Below, in pieces: positions 58,879 through 64,000 of a stretch of 64,000 nt of DNA (its first letter is position 1; every line of letters starts with the position of its first letter). The notes under the pieces are model-generated. The model saw nothing but the letters and a program-made list of their open reading frames with translations, ran no database searches and was not told where the DNA came from. Position numbers and translations under genes: made by a program. This DNA comes from Bacteroidia bacterium (GTDB lineage: Bacteria > Bacteroidota > Bacteroidia > UBA4408): positions 1,256 through 65,255 of the forward strand of contig JADLFI010000001.1 in NCBI GenBank assembly GCA_020845635.1. The letters are read 5' to 3'.

Positions 58879-60177
58879 TTGAATTTTATGAAAAACGCAG
58901 CCATGAGTATATCCAAAAAAAGAAACACAACTGATTCTGATTCAGATAGTTTTAGCAAAAAAGTATATGGAAAGAGAGTAAGAGCATCAGTAGGAACTAA
59001 CAAAAATAAAAAAGTTAAAACTGATGAAAGTGGATTTTCTACAAAAAAAGAGGAAGCCTTTAAGCCCATTAGAGGAAAAAAGGCCTTTACTCAGAAGAAT
59101 GATGCACCTTATGGTAAATCTCGAGAAAAAGAATCTAAAGGTTTTTCGGAATACACAGAAACATGGAGTGATAATTTTTCATCGCACCCGGCAAAAAGTA
59201 ATACCGGGAATAAACCTTATAAAAAGCCTAGCACCGATTCATATAATAAAACCAATAAGCCCCAAAAGTCAGGTGCAGGCACTAAAACTAATGTGAGAAG
59301 AAGAAATAATGAAGATGAATTTTTGAGTAATTTCAGTGAGTTTGAGTCATACAACTATAAAAAAGACAATGACAGAAGAAGTTATAATAAAGCTTCTTTC
59401 AAGAAAGAGAGCTTTAAGCCCAAAGAAAGGAAAGGTATAAAACAGCAAAGTACCGGCACCGAAGACGATTTGATTCGATTAAACAAATTTATTGCCAATG
59501 CCGGTATTTGCAGTAGGCGAGAGGCAGATGAGCTAATTAAAGCCGGTGCAGTTACCGTTAATGGTAAAATAATTACCGAAATGGGGTATAAGGTAAAAAG
59601 AACTGATATGGTAAGTTATGGCGGTCAAGGTTTACGACCCGAAAAACATGTTTATATTTTACTGAACAAACCTAAAGATTATATAACCACATCAGACGAC
59701 CCACAGGAAAGAAAAACTGTAATGCAGTTGATTAAAGGGGCTTGCAAGCAAAGAGTATATCCAGTAGGCCGTTTGGATAGAAATACTACCGGACTGCTAT
59801 TGCTTACAAATGATGGCGAAATGACGGATAAAATAACTCACCCTTCATTCAAACAAAAAAAGATATATCATGTTGAATTAGATAAACCGGTTAAAAAGGA
59901 ACATTTGAATATGATAATAAATGGTTTTGAATTGGAAGATGGTTTTATCAAAGCTGATGATATTGATTACGTTGAACAAGGAAGCAAAAACGAAGTAGGA
60001 ATTACATTACACTCAGGACGCAATAGAATAGTACGCAGAATATTTGAACATTTGGAGTATAAAGTAAAAAAGCTCGATAGAGTGTATTTTGCCGGATTGA
60101 CAAAAAAAGACTTACCACGTGGAAAATGGCGCTTATTAACCCCTATGGAAGTGAATATGCTTAAAATGATTCAATAA
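58879..60177 (+). CDS. RNA pseudouridine synthase (RsuA/RluB family) with S4 domain and long basic N-terminal extension
   Basis: RLNKFIANAGICSRREAD, LLNKPKD, PVGRLDRNTTGLLLLTNDG, GRNRIVRR. Confidence 0.93.
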   Translation: MNFMKNAAMSISKKRNTTDSDSDSFSKKVYGKRVRASVGTNKNKKVKTDESGFSTKKEEAFKPIRGKKAFTQKNDAPYGKSREKESKGFSEYTETWSDNFSSHPAKSNTGNKPYKKPSTDSYNKTNKPQKSGAGTKTNVRRRNNEDEFLSNFSEFESYNYKKDNDRRSYNKASFKKESFKPKERKGIKQQSTGTEDDLIRLNKFIANAGICSRREADELIKAGAVTVNGKIITEMGYKVKRTDMVSYGGQGLRPEKHVYILLNKPKDYITTSDDPQERKTVMQLIKGACKQRVYPVGRLDRNTTGLLLLTNDGEMTDKITHPSFKQKKIYHVELDKPVKKEHLNMIINGFELEDGFIKADDIDYVEQGSKNEVGITLHSGRNRIVRRIFEHLEYKVKKLDRVYFAGLTKKDLPRGKWRLLTPMEVNMLKMIQ

Positions 60178-60200
60178 GAAATTAAAATAATTTAAAACAA

Positions 60201-60208
60201 TATATTTG
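60201..60208 (+). promoter_or_regulatory. -7 promoter element
   Basis: TATATTTG 22 nt upstream of ATG 60231. Confidence 0.5.
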
Positions 60209-60230
60209 TACATAAATCCTTAATGAAAAT

Positions 60231-61781
60231 ATGGCAATTATTGGTTCAATATTATCAAGAGTTATAGAACTGAGAAAGAATTTACCGAAAGTACCGGTAA
60301 ACAAAAGTCCTTATAGGTTACAAAAAACTAGTTTTAACAAATTGCTTACCAAAGCCTCAAATACTGCTTTTGGCCGTCATTATAATTTTGAACGAATATT
60401 ACTTTCGCCAAACCCAATGCGCGAGTTCCAGAAAACAGTGCCCATACATGATTACAACAAAATGTACAATGACTGGTGGCACAGAACCATAGAAAACGAA
60501 CGTAATGTATGCTGGCCCGGAACAGTTAAGTATTTTGCTTTAAGTTCAGGCACTTCTGAGGCTGCCAGCAAGCAAATCCCGATTACTGCAGCCATGTTGC
60601 GTTCTATTAAAAGAACCAGTATAAAGCAATTGCTTACACTGGCTAAGTATGAAATACCTGAAGATCTTTTGCATAGAGGTTTTTTAATGATTGGAGGAAG
60701 TACCGACCTGAATAACCAAGGCTCGTATTTTGAGGGTGATTTGTCGGGGATTACTACTTCAAACATACCCTTGTGGTTTCAAGGATTCTACAAACCGGGA
60801 CCCGAAATAGCCCACGAAAGAGATTGGAATGTTAAGTTAGATAAAATTGTGAAAAATGCCCGAAATTGGGATATTGGTTTTATAGTAGGTGTACCCGCAT
60901 GGATACAAATAGTGATGGAAAGGGTTATAAAATTCTACCAAGTAAAGAATATACATGAAGTATGGCCTAATCTTACTATTTTTGTACATGGAGGTGTTTC
61001 TTTTGAACCGTATAAAAAGGGATTTGAGGCACTTTTAGGTAAACCTTTAATTTATATTGAAACTTATTTGGCATCTGAAGGTTTTTTAGCCTATCAAAAC
61101 AGACCTGATACTAACTCAATGCGCCTCTCATTAAATCAAGGTATTTTTTTTGAATTTATTCCGTTTACCCCCGACAATTTTGGGTCTGATGGTAATCTTG
61201 TGGCTAACCCTAAAGTAATGCTAATTGATGAAATACAGGAAGGCAAAGAGTATGCCCCGCTGATAAGCACTAATGCCGGAGCTTGGAGATATTTGATTGG
61301 CGATACCATCAAATTTACTTCTAAATCTAAGTGCGAAATTATTATCACTGGCCGTACAAAGCACTTTTTAAGTTTGTGTGGTGAACATTTAAGTGTGGAG
61401 AACATGAACAATGCTATTAAATACAGTTCAGAAATATTAAATATTGCCATTCCTGAATATACTGTACATGGTATTAGTCATGGTAGTTTATTTGCTCATT
61501 ATTGGTATATTGCATGTGATAATGCTGTTGATGTAAATGATTTGCGAAATCTTATTGATGAGAGATTGAAAGAAATAAACGATGACTATAAGACAGAAAG
61601 AGCCCATGCCTTAAAAGATGTTACAGTGGAGGTATTACCTATTAAGGTTTTCAACGACTGGATGGACTCAAAAGGTAAATCGGGTGGGCAGCATAAATTT
61701 CCGAGAGTAATGAAAGGTGCTTTGCTGGACGACTGGAAAGCTTTTGTTGAAAAATCAAGAAAGCTTCATAAAAATGATTAA
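60231..61781 (+). CDS. GH3 auxin-responsive promoter family (acyl-acid amido synthetase-like) protein
   Basis: FALSSGTSEAASKQIP, TYLASEGF, AWRYLIGDT, GGQHKFPR. Confidence 0.9.
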   Translation: MAIIGSILSRVIELRKNLPKVPVNKSPYRLQKTSFNKLLTKASNTAFGRHYNFERILLSPNPMREFQKTVPIHDYNKMYNDWWHRTIENERNVCWPGTVKYFALSSGTSEAASKQIPITAAMLRSIKRTSIKQLLTLAKYEIPEDLLHRGFLMIGGSTDLNNQGSYFEGDLSGITTSNIPLWFQGFYKPGPEIAHERDWNVKLDKIVKNARNWDIGFIVGVPAWIQIVMERVIKFYQVKNIHEVWPNLTIFVHGGVSFEPYKKGFEALLGKPLIYIETYLASEGFLAYQNRPDTNSMRLSLNQGIFFEFIPFTPDNFGSDGNLVANPKVMLIDEIQEGKEYAPLISTNAGAWRYLIGDTIKFTSKSKCEIIITGRTKHFLSLCGEHLSVENMNNAIKYSSEILNIAIPEYTVHGISHGSLFAHYWYIACDNAVDVNDLRNLIDERLKEINDDYKTERAHALKDVTVEVLPIKVFNDWMDSKGKSGGQHKFPRVMKGALLDDWKAFVEKSRKLHKND

Positions 61782-62397
61782 TGCTTTTTTTAGTGGAATT
61801 GTTCCGGGGCTTATTCTAAGTGCAGCTATTGGTCCTGTTTTTTTTCTGTTGGTTCAAACCAGCATACAAAGGGGCTTTAAACTTGCCATGATTATGGAGT
61901 TTGGTATAGTTCTTAGCGACTCGTTTTGCATTTTTCTAGCCTATTTAGGATTAGCCTCTTTTTTTCAAAATCCCGAGTATAAAGAGTTAATTTTTATTGC
62001 AGGTAGTATTGTCTTGGTTGTTTTTGGTGTTTTTATGTTTTTATCGCATAAAAAATCAACATTTGAAGTAGATGAAGAAATGAGGAAAGGAGATAGAATG
62101 AAATTGTTCTGGAAAGGGTTCTTCTTTAATATTTCCAATCCTTCAGTTATATTCTTTTGGATGGGATTTGTAGGGTTAACCATACCAAGTTATGTTGGCA
62201 ATAAGTTAAACTTGTTAGCCTATTTCATTGGGACATTATTAACCGTGTTCTCTATTGATGTTTTAAAAGCCTGGAGTGCGCATAAAATTAAGGTATATAT
62301 GACCCCAAAAGCCATGTCTAATTTTAATAAAATATCAGGAATAGGTATAGCTACTTTTGGTGTTTTTGTTTTTGTTAAAGAAATTTTATTCAAGTAA
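61774..62397 (+). CDS. LysE-family translocator
   Basis: GPVFFLLVQTSI.RGF, GFF.N.SNP.VI.FW; start placed at ATG 61774. Confidence 0.88.
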   Translation: MINAFFSGIVPGLILSAAIGPVFFLLVQTSIQRGFKLAMIMEFGIVLSDSFCIFLAYLGLASFFQNPEYKELIFIAGSIVLVVFGVFMFLSHKKSTFEVDEEMRKGDRMKLFWKGFFFNISNPSVIFFWMGFVGLTIPSYVGNKLNLLAYFIGTLLTVFSIDVLKAWSAHKIKVYMTPKAMSNFNKISGIGIATFGVFVFVKEILFK

Positions 62398-62870
62398 TGA
62401 GCAAAGTTGATACTATAGTTCTTAAAGTATTTGAAGGCAACACACGCCAAAAAATTTTATTTATGGCATATTGTCTTTTCTTAGTTGTTTTCTTTATATT
62501 AAGAGTTATTAGGAACAATCAGGAATTTCTGTTCTTCAGCGGTGTATTGGCCTCTTTGTATTATTTCTATAATAATGAAATTTTTAAGTTCAAATATTTA
62601 AAAAGAGTTTATTTTACACTCGATTCGTTTTTATCTACTATTTTTATTGTTATTGGCAAAGAAACTATTTCAATGCTATTTCCTTTAACAACTTTTATTC
62701 TACTTTTTTGTGGACGTTTTATATTTTTAAAAATTAAAAATCGTGAACCTAATTTGGATATTCTGTTACATAAAGATAGCGACAGATTATACTCGCTTAT
62801 AATCTTTGCGTGTGCTGTTTTATGTTGGATTATTGTGCTAATTAAATATATGGATCATGATATAGTGTAA
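62397..62870 (+). CDS. hypothetical integral membrane protein
   Basis: Five hydrophobic segments; 1-nt overlap with the lysE stop. Confidence 0.65.
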   Translation: MSKVDTIVLKVFEGNTRQKILFMAYCLFLVVFFILRVIRNNQEFLFFSGVLASLYYFYNNEIFKFKYLKRVYFTLDSFLSTIFIVIGKETISMLFPLTTFILLFCGRFIFLKIKNREPNLDILLHKDSDRLYSLIIFACAVLCWIIVLIKYMDHDIV

Positions 62871-62886
62871 CCGAATTTTTATTTCA

Positions 62887-63795
62887 ATGACAAATTTACC
62901 TCTCCAAAGTATTACCATTACCAAAAGCCTAGCTAAAAGCGCATTAGGTTTTACTGCTTCAGATAAAACAGAGTATATTTTTTTGACACAATATTTCGAT
63001 AATCAAAAAAATAAGATTAAAGAAATAATAATGAATGAAGAGGGAGAAGAAGAGCAAATAATTGAGTTTACTTATAGTAAAGATAACAGGATTTTAACCG
63101 AAACACATCATTTCCCTTTTGATGAGATAAAAGAATTTACTGAGTTTATATACGATAACGGGTTGCTTACAAAAAAGGTCAAGCATTATAGTTATGGAAG
63201 TGTGGAAAATACAGTATGGACTTATAACGAATATCAATTACCTTTGTCAATAATAGTAATGGACGAAGACGGTTTGGAGGAAGAAAGCGAATGGTTTGAA
63301 TATCAAGGAAAGAATTTAACTCATTATTTAAAGAAAAATGCTTTGATAGGTAAAGATACCGAACTGTGGTTGAGCTATGATGATAAGAATAGGGTAATGG
63401 AAGAAAAAAGATGGAGCAACACCAACATGAAAACATTAACAACCCGGTATGATTACAGTAAGAACGAAGAAGAGCCGGATATGAAGGTGATAAATGAGAA
63501 AGGAGAAATTATTGAAGCTCATATCAAAGATTTTGATGATAAGAATAGATTGGTACGATATGAAGTTCAGTACGTAAATAATGGATTAAAATACAACATT
63601 AGCACTTTTGAGTATAATGATGAAAACGCAGTGGTATATACCGAAACCATTGATCAGAACGAGAATGTGCAACGAAAAATTACTTCAGAGTATGATGAAA
63701 AAGGACTGTTAAAATCAGAATTAAAATCAGAATATGAAGTGGAATTAGGAGGATTAAACACCTACACATTAAATTATACATATACTTTTTTCTAA
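62887..63795 (+). CDS. YD/RHS-like repeat protein
   Basis: Recurring (F/Y)xY(D/N)xxG..L..E...Y units, acidic. Confidence 0.6.
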   Translation: MTNLPLQSITITKSLAKSALGFTASDKTEYIFLTQYFDNQKNKIKEIIMNEEGEEEQIIEFTYSKDNRILTETHHFPFDEIKEFTEFIYDNGLLTKKVKHYSYGSVENTVWTYNEYQLPLSIIVMDEDGLEEESEWFEYQGKNLTHYLKKNALIGKDTELWLSYDDKNRVMEEKRWSNTNMKTLTTRYDYSKNEEEPDMKVINEKGEIIEAHIKDFDDKNRLVRYEVQYVNNGLKYNISTFEYNDENAVVYTETIDQNENVQRKITSEYDEKGLLKSELKSEYEVELGGLNTYTLNYTYTFF

Positions 63796-63799
63796 TATA

Positions 63800-64000
63800 A
63801 TGAAACCAAATAGTTTTCTATACTCAGTTTTACTAATATTTATTATAAGCAATGTTTACGCCCAAAGAGGGAAAAATGGTGCTAAAATTATTACCGCCAC
63901 CGAGATAGTAAATGAGTATGCTGTGCTCACTGCTAATGCTGTTGCAAACGATGTTTCAATTACGGTTGACAATAATACATTAAATGCGAATAATAGGTTT
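63800..64000 (+). CDS. secreted protein, 5' part only (runs off the window)
   Basis: Open from ATG 63800: MKPNSFLYSVLLIFIISNVYAQRGKNG... Confidence 0.7.
   Translation, partial: MKPNSFLYSVLLIFIISNVYAQRGKNGAKIITATEIVNEYAVLTANAVANDVSITVDNNTLNANNRF

Noticed and set aside
1-64000. tRNA, rRNA, prophage or integrase genes
   Set aside because: None was recognised by eye, and the intergenic gaps are short and AT-rich. tRNAscan-SE and Infernal were not run.

Overview
AT-rich Bacteroidota chromosomal window, identified by T9SS cargo and PorP/SprF genes and TAnnTTTG -7 promoter elements. Most of it is housekeeping (comEC, lpxD, efp, hutH, hisS, rimO, mpl, miaA, pyrD, nadC, fabI, aroK) or secreted and outer-membrane proteins. 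There are two accessory patches. (1) 34-2445 holds an XRE regulator, an internally deleted dinD remnant and a T9SS beta-propeller gene. (2) About 14430-21385 is a defence island between an MFS permease and rimO. On the minus strand it runs hsdR, an IS200-like/RAYT HUH transposase, a ~700 bp REP hairpin array, a fused hsdM-S with one TRD and a 1-bp frameshift, and two tandem TIGR02436-like four-helix-bundle genes. The standout signal is nine AATTACG heptamer arrays confined to 14515-16907. They form inverted pairs around each four-helix-bundle gene and supply those genes' stop codons. They also lie as translated inverted pairs inside hsdM, where the consensus stop codon is substituted, and they bracket the TRD as direct repeats. 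An orphan second M-S C-terminus and a sharp mosaic breakpoint between the two four-helix-bundle genes suggest cassette-type exchange of the specificity end. No rRNA, tRNA, CRISPR, integrase or reverse transcriptase was recognised by eye. All product calls come from motif recognition, not database searches.
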